DNA of 64,000 nt from Macrostomum lignano (Eukaryota), in contig NIVC01002144.1 in assembly GCA_002269645.1 (NCBI GenBank), positions 62,001 to 126,000 on the forward strand, given 5' to 3'. The translations under genes were made by a program, and so were the position numbers. The notes under the pieces were generated by a model. That model searched no databases. It saw nothing but the letters and a program-made list of their open reading frames with translations, and was not told the DNA's origin. Shown piece after piece: positions 1 to 12,800 of this stretch; position 1 is the stretch's first letter; every line of letters starts with the position of its first letter.

Positions 1-2
1 CG

Positions 3-197
3 ACCGGTGAGCCTAGAGTAGTATGTGTGTCGTCCGACTCGACATCCGAATCTACCTGGGCGGCGGGTGAGCCTAGAGTAGTATGTGTGTCGTCCGACTC
101 GACCTCCGAATCTACGGAATCTCCTAGTAGCTCATCAACCCCTTCGCCGATAAGTCCGTCCAAAATCAAGGACCAGTCTGGAGTCCCGGATAATTGA
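3..197 (+). CDS. 3' end of a Ser/Thr-rich ORF convergent with the transposase, possibly the element's second gene
   Basis: Open frame from the window start (TGEPRVVCVSSDSTSES x2 ... GVPDN*) to TGA at 195-197. Product not recognised. Confidence 0.35.
   Translation, partial: TGEPRVVCVSSDSTSESTWAAGEPRVVCVSSDSTSESTESPSSSSTPSPISPSKIKDQSGVPDN
6..115. repeat. Two copies of a 50-bp segment at 60-bp period
   Basis: GGTGAGCCTAGAGTAGTATGTGTGTCGTCCGACTCGAC(A/C)TCCGAATCTAC at 6-55 and 66-115. Confidence 0.9.
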
Positions 198-3100
198 CCC
201 GTGCGCCGGGACATGTAGCTGCAGTGTAAGGCGGTGGAACCCTTTGTACTCATACGTGCTAAGCAATTACTTGAACAACCGTTTGCAACCCGTTAGTGCA
301 TGTACAAGAGGGCTGCAGAAAAGAGGAAAAACGTATACATAGTTACAGTGCAGCGGCAAATACAACTGTATTTCTAATTAATCAGTTATACACATACGTA
401 TACGTAAGTAAACCAAACATTCAGTAATATGGAAACCGGTAAGGTATGAAATAGTACTGCAACATTCGTGCAGACGTATCAATAATAATTTAAGTGATTA
501 TGAAATTATACTGCCTCATGTGTAATGTTTGCGAAACGAAATATTTATTATAATAATGAGATAATTAGTAGAACAATTTCAGTGCAGCTGACGTCTTCAA
601 TTATATACTCGAGTATTGGGGGATCACAAGCTGAGAGGAAACAAATTCCAAATTTCGATCGATGAAACATCGAATCATCGATGAAACAAAATCGTCCGAC
701 ATGCAAAAAAAGCGACAGTCGCCACAATATTATAAAGGGAATTATGTGCTTGAAATGAAAATTTTACACTACTTTCATGGACCGCTATTTTCAATTCCAT
801 TGATATTATACTTATACTATTGAGGCGGTGATGCTTAAACAGAAGCAACAGCTAATTAATACTGGAAGCTACTGGAAGCCGATCTGCGGGTGTGGCATAA
901 CGCATATTTTGTGTCCGAAACGACGCACGACCCAACGATGGCAGTGGCGTGAACTCGAACGGTGCGCTCATGTGGTAACGGACCGAATGGATTGACTAAG
1001 AGGCCTCGGATGTGCGCAAATCTGGCACCTCGGTTCTCCGAGTTGGCATGTACGGCACACAAGGCCTCCAGTGGGTCCACGACAGCGTCCTGTACGGGTA
1101 GGATGTGAAGGTTGACATACACCTCATCGTTGTCGCACTCGATTGCTAGAACGCGGCCGAACTGAAAGCTCGTCGGCTGGCATCCGGCAATGGCTACAAA
1201 GGCAGATGACGCCCGCGTCTCAATCTCCGGTAGATACTCCTCGAAATACAACCCTGACGGGAGAGACGCCGAACGCCAGCCGTGGGCCATGTTGTTAGGA
1301 CGCCGTAGTAGAATGCCAGACGCCGCGCGCATGCATGTCGTTCTGTGCCGCGCGCGTGGCTGCTGGTCGTTGTCGCGGAGAAGCTCCTCAGCCTGCATGA
1401 CTGCCAGCTCGCACTCAACGGCTCCGACAATCTCCACATCCGTGCGGCGGGACCCGTGAATCTGGCGACGCAGTCTGGTATGCATCGATTCAAACAGCCC
1501 GGCGGATTGACGGTTCAGAGGACCTGCCAGTATGGCATACGGCAGCATGTGGCAGCAGACTTGATGGGCGTTGTACGCTCGTATGACAGAAATCGCAGCG
1601 AATAAAGGCGCGACAAGTTCGCGTGAAAGTGTCTCAGCCCGATTTCAACGTGGCGCAATTCTGCACGCGGCGCACCTTCTAAGGACATCCAGAAGATGCA
1701 CGTGGAGAGGATTAAAATGTGCCAGTAGTGTTCCTCTGGCAGGAAGTCATCAAGGACGAAAGGCGCGAACGCCAACAACCACATTGCGTATTCGTGGCCG
1801 CGCATGTGTCTGATGTCCTTGAGAAGCCTGACAGTGTGACGCTGAACAGTGCGAGGAACGCGAATGCGCCGAAGACGCTGGTCGATGTGGCTCAGCCGCG
1901 CGTGCAGGTCCGGACAATTTGTGGCGCCTCGATCCGGTTTTTCATGACGCACGAGGAACGGCTGGTACAAAATATTGCGTACCAGGCCGGAGCACAACTG
2001 GTGCAGGAAACACGGTGGACAGCCGCGGACAAAGTCAAACCCGTGCAGTCGAGACAGCGGTGACAGGCCACGGACACCGAGGACGTCAGTCCGAATGTCG
2101 CCACCCTGCTGTGCGTGCTGCTCAGCGAGAGTGTGAGTGTCGCTGGTCGACCGCACTACAGTCTGAACGCATCCTAGACGTCTGGCCTGATTAAGCATCG
2201 CGTCAGTAACCCCGACGCCGTAGACTCGTCCATGGCCTGATGGATGCAATGATGTCCGGATGTAGCACTTCTCGCATCCGTAGATAGCCGAGAAACGCTT
2301 CATGCACAGAGCGTCCGCTCTCGCTGGAGCGTCGAACAGCGCCATTAGCGGATGCAGATGCAATCGACGCTGAACCCCGAGGCTGTCGATATACTGTACA
2401 CCATCGAAGCGCAGAGTATTCAGTGCATTTACGACGATTGGCAGAAAGGCGGCGGCATGGACCTTTTTCTTGCCGGCCCACACGCCACACTTCATCACGA
2501 ATCGGAGCTTCAGCCGCTCGTGCACTTCGTTAATACTCAGATAGACGGGGCACACCTCGACATTGCTAGTGCAGAAAAGAGGAAATCCGTCTGCACAGAT
2601 GGTGTATGTAAGGTCGCTCCGAGTCTCGGGTTCGATGTTCTCGAGAAACGACTTGTACAGTTCGCTGTTGGCAAAGTGCAGCTTCTCTTCGTCCAGTGCA
2701 AGCCGTTCAATCGGAAATGTTACGCTCTGTAGAAGACCGCGAGATTCAACGAATGTTCGGATCTGCGCAGGTATGTCGAATAACCAGAAGTTGGCCACAT
2801 TTCCCGACGTACAGTGCGCACAATTAGAGTTTCCTGGATCGCAGCGCTGCTCGGAATGTAGATAACAGTCGTTGCAGACAGTGTAACATGTTGACGACCC
2901 CGAGATTGTTCCCCTCTTCTTCAAAGTTTCACGCAATGTTCGTCCGTGCTGAGGAAGGCGGTTGTCGGGTACTAGCCTGTGCAGTAGTGAAAGCAGCCTT
3001 GTCGTCCCGCTAACTGTCAGGTTCAGTTCCCTCGCGCAGGAGCTGACCTCCCAAATCGCCTCTCCGAGCGAAACGGGCAGAGCGTCGTGCCAATTGACTC

Positions 3101-3347
3101 CTGGAAACCCCGGGACGTCCTCGTCGTTGTCGGAGTCTGTGCTCTGGCCGTCAACAGACTGCGAACCTGGGAGGAATATATTGTGTGTGGTGAGCGTAGT
3201 GCGCATGTGTTCGGTGGACAGTGTGAGTGCAACGTGCAGGTAACACAAAAGTATCAAACATGAGCCATTGGCATGGATCCACAATCCACGATAAGCCAAC
3301 TCTCTGACTGGGACTCACCACTAGAGGAAGAATCAGAATCCCCGTCC

Positions 3348-3561
3348 TGTAAAGTCTGAAGGCCTCGTGTTAAGCTGAGCGAGAAAATAAACCACGGGGC
3401 CCAAACTGGCCAGGTTAGCGATATATATATATATTTGAGGTTTTACGCGTACAAATCAATAATACGGCGTACATGACTCATGCGACACAAGATGTACATT
3501 TATAATATAACTCACTCGCCTATTTAGAACAAATTGATAATAATATTGCGAGGCAATTACA
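3348..3561 (-). repeat. 3' LTR (214 bp)
   Basis: Identical to 7733-7944 except one extra AT unit in an (AT)n tract. Confidence 0.97.
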
Positions 3562-3570
3562 CTTCTCCCC
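3562..3570 (-). other. Polypurine tract
   Basis: GGGGAGAAG on the - strand directly before the 3' LTR. Confidence 0.85.
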
Positions 3571-3684
3571 AAAAACAAAAAAGCTCAAAAATGCGGATTA
3601 AAAAGATAAGGAAAAAGGAATAAAACATTAAGGGTAAAAAAACATTTGTCTCAGCCCTTAGCACCAGTTACCCGTCAAAACCCG

Positions 3685-6600
3685 TCAAACTCTGTAACTG
3701 ATAGGCTTGTCCTTGGCCGCTCTCGGGTGCGGCCTCTCAGCAATGCCGCGCTCCGGCGAGGCGGCGCCAGCGTCCGCTTCTGGTGGTGGGTCCTCGGTCG
3801 CTGTCAGAGGCCGGATGTGCGTCAGGTGGCGAGTGCATGTCCGGTCGCCTTGCCGCAGGACGTAGGAATCGCCTCGCTTGTCAGTGACGGTCCAGGGTTC
3901 GAGCTCGAAAGGCGTTTGAATTTTCGTGCGTCTCGTCCGCTTGCGGAGAACCGCCGAACCCGGCTTGACATTGGCTGCCTTGGCCCTCCTGGAGCGGTTG
4001 AAACCTGCTGCCATCTGGTCGTTGTAGGCCTCGTGGCGCTTTGCGAGTTCGGCTCGGTCGTGCTGCACAGGTTGCGATGGTTGGATTGACGGGAGGCCGT
4101 CGTTGAGAGCTCGGCCCATGAGCAGTTCGGCTGGTGCCACGCCGGTTGCCGAGTGCGGAGTGACGCGATGAGCGAGCAGCCAGTCGTCGAGTGCGGTGCG
4201 CCAGTTGCGTCCTTCTGCGATGGCCGCTCTGATGACCTTGTTGATGCACCTGTTGACTCGCTCGGTCGCTCCGTTCGCCTCGGGGTGCAGCGGACAGATC
4301 CGGCGATGCTTGATGCCGAACTCTGAGAGGAAGTTTGTGAATTCTGCCGAGTTAAACGGAGGTCCATTGTCGCTGACGATTTCCAACGGGATGCCGTATC
4401 TGCTAAACAGAGTCCGGAGATGCGGAAGCACTGCCTCTGCTGATGTTGAGCTGACTATGTCGACCTCGGGAAATTTTGAAAAGAGATCGGTTGTCACCAG
4501 GAGCATTTTCCCTTGGACTGGGCCGTAAAAGTCCATTCCAAGAACCAGCCATGCTCCGTCCGGAAGTTGCGACGGTGAGAGTGGTGGCGGTGCGAGGCTC
4601 TTCGGCGATGTCGCTTGGCAGGGGAAGCAAGACTGGACGAACGTCTGGCAGTCGCTTCTCATCGCTGGCCACCATACTTTGGTTTGCAGTCTGTCCATAG
4701 TTTTTCGGCAGCATTGGTGGCCTGCATGTGCCAGCTGGAGCACCGTCCGACGTAAGCTGCTCGGGATCACGATCAACGAGCTCCGTAGTAGCACGCCGTC
4801 ATGTTCTGAAAGCTCCTGCTGCAGGCAGGACAAAGCTCGAAGATCTCTGTTCTGCTTGTCCCATTGGCCAGTTCGTAGAGCTGATAGAGCTGCTTGGATC
4901 GTGCCGTCTGACTTTGAAGCCTCCTGAATCGTTGCAAAGTTCAGTCCTTTCGGAGTAGAGCCGATGGCGACTGCGTTGATGAAGCGTCTGTCCAGGAGTT
5001 CCCCGGGGTTGTCCTTTGTCTGCATTTCAGGTTGTCTACTGAGGACATCCGCTGGATTCTGTGGCCCCGGCTGATAGATGAGCTTGAATTTGAGGTGCTG
5101 CACTCTTAAAGCCATCCGTTCAATCCTTGGTGGAGGCCTGGAACCAGGTTGAAAAAGCGGGACTAATGGGCGGTGATCCGTGATGACTGTGAGATCTGGG
5201 CAGCCGCTGAGGTAGTGCTCGAAACGTAGGCACCCGAATTTCACCGCAAGCGCCTCGCGTTCAATTTGAGCGTATCGCTGCTCAACTGGCGTGAGCGACC
5301 TGCTGGCGAAGGCGACCGGTTTGCGAACGCCTTTCTCATCCACTTGGCTGAGAATGGCACCCAGGCCGACTGGCGAGGCGTCCACATGAACTTCTGTTGG
5401 GAGATTCACGTCAAAGAAGGCCAGGATGCTCTCCTTGCAGATCGCTGCTGTTGTTTGCAGGAATGCTTTTTGTTGCCTTTCTTACCAGCACCATTTATGA
5501 CCTTTTTTTAGCAGTTCTCGCATTGGCTGCGTCAGATCTGAGAAGTTCGGAACGAACCTGGACAGGTAGGTGGCCAAACCGAGGAATGAGCGCAGCTCTG
5601 ACACATTTGTTGGCTCCTTAAAATCTTTGACGGCCTTGATCTTTTCGGCTGCAGGCTGAACGCCTCGTGCGCTGATGCGCATACCAAGAAAATCGATGAA
5701 AGGCTGTGCCAGGCGACACTTGTTCGGGTTGAGTGTGATTCCATGGTCTTGTAGGCGCTTGAAGCACTGTTTTAGTCGGATGTTGTGCTCTTCCATCGTG
5801 CTCGCAAAGACGGTGATGTCATCGTGTGCCCATCGGACACCGTCAAGGCCGCTCAGGACGCCTGTCATAACCCTTTGCAATATCTCGGATGCGTTGGTGA
5901 ATCCCATGCTGAGTCTGGTCAGTCGCATGAGACCCAGTGGGGTGCTGAAGGTGAAGACGTGACGGGATTCCGGTTTGACAAGAATTTGGTGGAAAGCTTT
6001 TACGATGTCGAGCTCGCTGAATACCGTGGAACCAGCCATTTCGTCCGTGATCTCCTCAAAGGTTGGGATGGGCTGCTTTTCTGGCACGGCAAATGAGTTG
6101 ACGTCGCGCAGGTCTTGGCAGATGCGGATGCCACCGCCTTCTTTCGGGACGACAACCATGCGGGAGACCCACGGTGACGGGCCGTTGACGCGCTCGATGA
6201 TTCCTTGGTCGAGGAGAGCCTGAAGTTCCGCGATGACCGCCGACCGCTGGTGTACGGGAACTCTGGAGGGTGGTTGACAGACTGGGACAGCTTCTGGTCG
6301 AAGACGAACGTCGACCTCGACGCCCTTAACGCAGCCAAGGCCTTCGAAGATTGACTTAAACTCACCAAGGATGCTGCTGATGCGGAGTTCGGTTGGAAGA
6401 TCTTGATCGACATCTCTGTACTTGGAGAACAGCTCTTGAATACCTGATGCGGCTATATTTTCCGTGGGCTGCACCGAGTTGACTTCAACTGTTGGATGTT
6501 GGATGTGCAGAATTCCCATGTTGAAAGCGGTTTCTCGACCGAGTAGTGTGGTTCCACAGCCTTTGGTGATGTAGAATGAAGCTAGTTGTCTGCTAGCTGC

Positions 6601-7695
6601 GGTGCTCACGTTGAGGTCAGCGACACCCAGGACTTGGAGAGGTGTTGTGGACCCGTAGCTGAAAATTGGATGGATGGCGTTGCGCAGTCGAACATTTCTT
6701 AGCCGCCGGAAGTTCTCCTCGCTCATGACGTTGCAGCTGGCTCCACTATCCACGAGTACGATGAAGTCCTTGCCCTCGATCCTCAGATTAGTGTTGGCGG
6801 AGTTGCGTCTGGGTGCCGTTTTTTGCGACTGGATAGTGAAGGCCTCCTCATTTAGCGAATCGTGATCGATGAAGACCGCCTCAGCTTCTTTGTCCGCTAC
6901 GGCGTTGATGCTGGAGCTTGTTTGAGGCCTGCGTTGTCTGCATGCTTTGGCGAGATGGTTTGGCTTGCCGCATGCCAGGCACGTTTTGCCTTTTGCCGCG
7001 TTGCATGAGCTGTGCCCGCGTTCGCCGCATCGATAGCAGCTGGTTGGGCCGCTGTTTGCTTGGCCACCAGGGACCCGCTGACTGTTCGGGCGCGTTCCGC
7101 TGTCTCTGAACTGCTTCGGTGCCGCTCTGTGCACTGCTGCGATGCTACTGGAGTTCTCAATGGCCGTGGCCTGCTCTTCTGCTGCTTCAAACGCGCGCGC
7201 TTGTCTCAACGCATCGCCGAGAGAGATGTTGGACTCCTGCAGCAATCTTCGCCGAAGTTTATCGGAGCAGCATGTCGCCACTATCTGATCTCTGATTAGG
7301 GAGTCCTTGAGTGCTGAGAACTCGCATGTCTCGGCCGCTGAGTTGAGTCGGGAGTACCAGGAGTCCACTGGCTCTCCGGTTTGCTGAACGCATAGACGAA
7401 ACTGATAGCGGGCAAATACGATGTTGTTGCGCTCCTTGAAGTGCTCTTTTATTGCTGCGAGCAGAGTTTCGAGGCTGTCTTTCTTGTCATCTGGCAGGTC
7501 TTTAATGATTTGCGCGATTTCTCTGCCGGCCGTGTAGGCCAGGAGCTTGCACTTCTGAGTTTCGTCTTTGATGCCTGACGCTTCGATAAAGTCACAAAAA
7601 TGATCGGACCATTTGTTCCAGCGTTTACCGGCATTCTGTTGATCTGCACTAGTGCTGAATTGCTCAGGGGGTGGCAGTGAGATGAATTGAGCCAT
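3685..7695 (-). pseudogene. Single-frame gag-pol with one in-frame TAA at 5482-5484
   Basis: ATG at 7695. Two CCHC knuckles, protease LVDSGAS, RT (WAHDDI), RNase H (DASPVGLGA...EREALA...TDH), integrase HHCC and D,D,E. The ORFs 5482-7857 and 3685-5409 share a frame, separated by 24 open codons after the stop. Confidence 0.93.
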
Positions 7696-7715
7696 GAGTG
7701 ACTGGACAAAGTGGG

Positions 7716-7731
7716 CTTGCTTGCGACGCCA
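7716..7731 (-). other. Primer-binding site
   Basis: TGGCGTCGCAAGCAAG one base inside the 5' LTR. Cognate tRNA not identified. Confidence 0.75.
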
Positions 7732-7732
7732 C

Positions 7733-7944
7733 TGTAAAGTCTGAAGGCCTCGTGTTAAGCTGAGCGAGAAAATAAACCACGGGGCCCAAACTGGCCAGGT
7801 TAGCGATATATATATATTTGAGGTTTTACGCGTACAAATCAATAATACGGCGTACATGACTCATGCGACACAAGATGTACATTTATAATATAACTCACTC
7901 GCCTATTTAGAACAAATTGATAATAATATTGCGAGGCAATTACA
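7733..7944 (-). repeat. 5' LTR (212 bp)
   Basis: Direct repeat of 3348-3561. Confidence 0.97.
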
Positions 7945-8779
7945 CGTCCGAAGTGCTGTCAGAGCTCGACACCGGGTCCCCATTGCGGCCATCGGCCTGT
8001 GCGCCACCGTCGTCGGACTCTGGATTGTCTATAGGCAGGTATACAGACGGCTCATCTCGAGATCGAGATACTGTAGATGTAGAGGCGGATCCGCTTGCAG
8101 CTGCGACGACTGCAGCAGTCCCACTGGTGCCTGCGCCGCCGGACTGGACTTCGCCGGAGTCGACATCTGCAGAAGTTCCTGCGGTTGGACGCAGAGGTGA
8201 TCGCGAACCTTCTTGTCGACTATTTGAATTGGCCAACGCACGCTGCCGCATGTACTCTCGCATGTACTGCCTCCGCTGTAACCGCGGCGGTAAATCTGAA
8301 TTGTCCATGCAGTTTGCGAGTCGTGCAGTACTGAAAGAGATTAGGTTGGTTTATGATGTCTAGATGCGCATATTCACTGTAGCACTATCTGCTGTGTGAC
8401 CTATTCATCTATCCACGTATAGAATGGACGACATGTTTCTGAATTTCTGCATTTCAGTAACAACTCGGACGAGACCAATTTTGTCCAACAATACCCGCTG
8501 TTTCCAAGACCTCTATGATCCCTATCTAACATAGTGTACTATCTAATGTGTTGCACACATGCAAAAGATGCAAAGGCATCGAACAACATCGAAGTCTCCC
8601 ATCAAAATCAGAACGTGGGAAATGTCATACGGAGAAGTATATTTTTCTGTAGAACTTGGAGCATAAGAAATAGAACACGTTGTGCTGCTGTTTCTGGAAC
8701 ATGTGTTACAAACTGTGGGCATTCAAGTAGGAGAAAGGTGCCATTTTCCACTATTCAATTCCACGTGCTCCACTATCAC

Positions 8780-9140
8780 CCGGAAACATATCCGCTCTTC
8801 GTCCGGTTGTTAGGCGGGCGACAGCCCGGATTAAAATGCGGATGACTTTCCGGACGACAGTGACAATTCATCCGGCTAGTCATCCGTAAAGTCATCCGAC
8901 GCTTCATCCGGTTTTTTTCCGGGTAAACAAGCGGATATAATTCCGGACTAAAATGGACCAATTAAGTAAAAAAATCACCACTTTGTCCGGCTCTGATCCG
9001 GAAACTGGCCCGCTACTTTGTCCGGCAGCTTAAACCGGATGAATACCGGACGAAAAACTGCATTTGTCCGGAATCGACCACCAAACGCGGACCAATGCGG
9101 ACGACGGCCGGACGACAACCGGATCGGCTATCCAGGCGGG
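8780..9140. repeat. Subterminal repeat region and probable TIR of the CACTA element
   Basis: Many short (A/G)TCCG and CGGA motifs in both orientations, ending in CAGGCGGG. Confidence 0.6.
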
Positions 9141-9860
9141 ATATGCTCATATATAGCAAGTTTCTAATCTTTCTATTTAATTTTGGAAGATATGAAGATG
9201 AATAGTCTTTAATATAGTTTTATATATTTACTAGAAACATACTAGGCTTAGCTTATCTATTCCTTAATCTTTAAATTGAGCTGCATTGAGCAAGCAAACA
9301 GTTGTTCCAGTTTAACAAAATTTGTATCCATCTATTAATATGAAATCCTGCAGAGTTTAAAAAAGTATTTAATATAAGCGTAAATTAAAATTGTGCAAAA
9401 AATAATTAATTTTATTTTTATAGTAATTTTATTTTTGGCAAATATATTTAACATTCTTAACTACTGGCTGAATTGGCAAAATTTAGCTAGGATACTTTTA
9501 TTCTACATGAAATATTCTTTGACTTTGTTCTTGGGTACTAAGTTTTGGCCAGTTTAGTTTTAGGGGTTGTACCGGTATTTGGATGCATTGTAAACCTATT
9601 TTTATTTAGCATAAATAAGAATATACTTCCTATGCATTTGTATATATAATAAAATCTGGTCAATCATTGACTAGTTCTAGATCATTCTTTGAGTTCAATA
9701 TTCTAAAGCATTGATTGAAATCCCAAGACAAATTTAAACATGCTTTTGCAAATCTCAGGATCTGTCTGTCTCATGACAATTGTAACTTAATTTCATGCAA
9801 AATTCATGCGCTCTCCCAAATATTGCTATTGGCGTAGTTCGTATTGCTGCATCATATTGT

Positions 9861-12800
9861 ATGGATCAGGATCACGAGCTGCCACTGCCAGCATATGCAC
9901 GCGAGTCATTGGGACTGACCCATCTGACCTCTGACCAGCGCATCGCAGCAGTTCGGTCCTTTGTTCGAGCTCGAGTAGTGCGGAATGATTCCAAAGCTGA
10001 GATTGCTCATCGGGATGTGCTGTTCACTGGCCGGCCATCGCCAGGTTTGTCTCAAAGCGTTTCTTAAGTTCTTGAGAGTAGTCAGTTTTGAAATAATTTT
10101 AATATTTGCTAAACGCACACTTTTATCTTGATTTTTAAAAATACCACTCAAAATCTCTCTTCCACTGCATTGAAAATCGCCCCTAATCTGCATTGAGAAT
10201 CGCCCCTAATCTGCATTGAGAATCGCCCCTAATCTGCATTGAGAATCGCCCCTAATCTGAATTGAGAATCGCCCCTAATCTATATTGAGAATCGCCCCTA
10301 ATCTATATTGAGAATCGCCCCTAATCTATATTGAGAATCGCCCCTAATCTGTATTGAGAATCGCCCCTAATCTGCATTGAGAATCGCCCCTAATCTATAT
10401 TGAGAATCGCCCCTAATCTGCATTGAGAATCGCCCCTAATCTATATTGAGAATCGCCCCTAATCTATATTGAGAATCGCCCCTAATCTATATTGAGAATC
10501 GCACCTAATCCGCATTGAGAGTCGCCCCTAATCTATATTGAGAATCGCCCCTAATCTGTATTGAGAATCGCCCCTAATCTGTATTGAGAATCGCCCCTAA
10601 TCTATATTGAGAATCGCCCCTAATCTGCATTGAGAATCGCCCCTAATCTATATTGAGAATCGCCCCTAATCTGCATTGAGAATCGCCCCTAATCTATATT
10701 GAGAATCGCCCCTAATCTACATTGAGAATCGCACCTAATCTGCATTCAGAATCGCCCCTAATCTACATTGAGAATCGCCCCTAATCTGCATTGAGAATCG
10801 CACCTAATCTGCATTGAGAATCGCACCTAATCTGCATTGAGAATCGCTCCTAATCTGCATTGAGAATCGCCCCTAATCTGCATTGAGAATCGCCCCTAAT
10901 CTGCATTGAGAATCGCTCCTAATCTGTATTGAGAATCGCCCCTAATCTATATTGAAAATCGCCCCTAATCTGCATTGAGAATCGCTCCTAATCTGCATTG
11001 AGAATCGCCCCTAATCTGCATTGAGAATCGCCTCTAATCTACATTGAGAATCGCACCTAATCTGCATTGAGAATCGCCCCTAATCTGCATTGAGAATCGC
11101 CCCTAATCTGCATTGAGAATCGCCTCTAATCTACATTGAGAATCGCACCTAATCTGCATTGAGAATCGCCTCTAATCTACATTGAGAATCGCACCTAATC
11201 TGCATTGAGAATCGCCCCTAATCTGCATTGAGAATCGCACCTAATCTGCATTGAGAATCGCCCCTAATCTGCATTGAGAATCGCACCTAATCTGCATTGA
11301 GAATCGCCTCTAATCTGCATTGAGAATCGCCCCTAATCTGCATTGAGAATCGCACCTAATCTGCATTGAGAATCGCCCCTAATCTGCATTGAGAATCTCC
11401 CCTAATCTGCATTGAGAATCGCCCCTAATCTGCATTGAGAATCGCCCCTAATTTGCATTGAGAATCGCTCCTAATCTGCATTGAGAATCGCCCCTAATCT
11501 GCATTGAGAATCGCCCCTAATTTGCATTGAGAATCTCCCCTAATCTGCATTGAGAATCGCCCCTAATCTGCATTGAGAATCTCCCCTAATCTGCATTGAG
11601 AATCTCCCCTAATCTGCATTGAGAATCGCCCCTAATCTGCATTGAGAATCGCACCTAATCTGCATTGAGAATCTCCCCTAATCTGCATTGAGAATCGCCC
11701 CTAATCTGCATTGAGAATCTCCCCTAATCTGCATTGAGAGTCGCCCCTAATCTGCATTGAGAATCTCCCCTAATCTGCATTGAGAATCGCCCCTAATCTG
11801 CATTGAGAATCGCCCCTAATCTGCATTGAGAATCGCCTCTAATCTGCATTGAGAATCGCACCTAATCTGCATTGAGAATCGCCCCTAATCTGCATTGAGA
11901 ATCGCCCCTAATCTGCATTGAGAATCGCTCCTAATCTGCATTGAGAATCGCCCCTAATCTGCATTGAGAATCGCCCCTAATCTGCATTGAGAATCGCACC
12001 TAATCTGCATTGAGAATCGCCCCTAATCTGTATTGAGAATCGCCCCTAATCTACATTGAGAATCGCACCTAATCTGCATTGAGAATCGCCCCTAATCTGT
12101 ATTGAGAATCGCCCCTAATCTACATTGAGAATCGCCCCTAATCTGCATTGAGAATCGCCGAGCCACCCACAGCCACCAGAATGTTCTAGAGTTTATTAAG
12201 AGTGTATTCTCCTACTCTGTAAAATTGAAATTTTAAAGTCAATCATTGCAAATTCGGAAATGGTCGAAGCCAAACTTAATTTGCATTATGATGCGGGTAA
12301 AGGAATGATAGCAAGATACGAGATCCGAAATTCATTCCATGAGTCAGACGTCTGCTTTCGCTGATAACCAACCAACAATGATGTTGGGTTTCTTTCGATT
12401 CTATTTAGTCTATTTTGCATTTTTACACCGAGTCTATCTATACAGCGATTCACGTAGAGATGTTAAAATGTGCCTAATTATCATAAATGCTGATCTGCAT
12501 ATTAGAATGCTGATGTGAATAGAAGATTCGCTTACCAGCATAATTTTTCATTTAGAGAATCGCCCCCTAAGAGCGTCATAGAGAATCGCCCCCTAAGAGC
12601 GTCATAGAGAATCGCCCCCTAAGAGCGTCATAGGGAATCGCCCCCTAAAAGCGTCATAAAGAATCGCCCCCTAGGAGCGTCATAGAGAATCGCCCCCTAA
12701 AAGCGTCATAAAGAATCGCCCCCTAAGAGCGTCATAGAGAATCGCCCCCTAAAAGCGTCATAAAGAATCGCCCCCTAAGAGCGTCATAGAGAATCGCCCC

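Larger units (their letters stand above)
3348..7944 (-). mobile_element. Ty3/Gypsy LTR retrotransposon, 4597 bp, full length
   Basis: TG...CA LTRs at both ends, 5-bp TSD CGTCC (3343-3347 and 7945-7949), PBS, PPT, and gag-PR-RT-RNaseH-IN domain order. Confidence 0.97.
856..8308 (-). pseudogene. EnSpm/CACTA transposase, disrupted; about 896 aa when repaired
   Basis: Exon 1 = 8308-7945 joined across the LTR insertion to 3342-3319. Phase-1 GT-AG intron at 3318-3167. Exon 2 = 3166-856 with an 8-bp frameshifting insertion near 1576-1583. Motifs ADGFP, FDAPARA, GCEKC, CFLH, YNAHQ..H, GPL, FES. Repaired length 2691 nt is divisible by 3. Confidence 0.85.
1..9140 (-). mobile_element. CACTA/EnSpm (CMC superfamily) DNA transposon; left end lies outside the window
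   Basis: Carries an EnSpm-type transposase. The right end reads CCCGCCTGGATAG on the - strand at 9140, is preceded by about 360 bp of subterminal TCCG/CGGA motifs, and is followed by an abrupt switch to AT-rich host DNA. The partner TIR and TSD are not visible. Confidence 0.75.

Noticed and set aside
5482-5484. A gag/pol ribosomal frameshift site
   Set aside because: Both ORFs are in the same frame, and the break lies inside pol rather than between gag and pol.
7696-7857. N-terminal extension MYAVLLI... of the gag ORF
   Set aside because: It runs through the LTR and PBS; the plausible start is the ATG at 7695.
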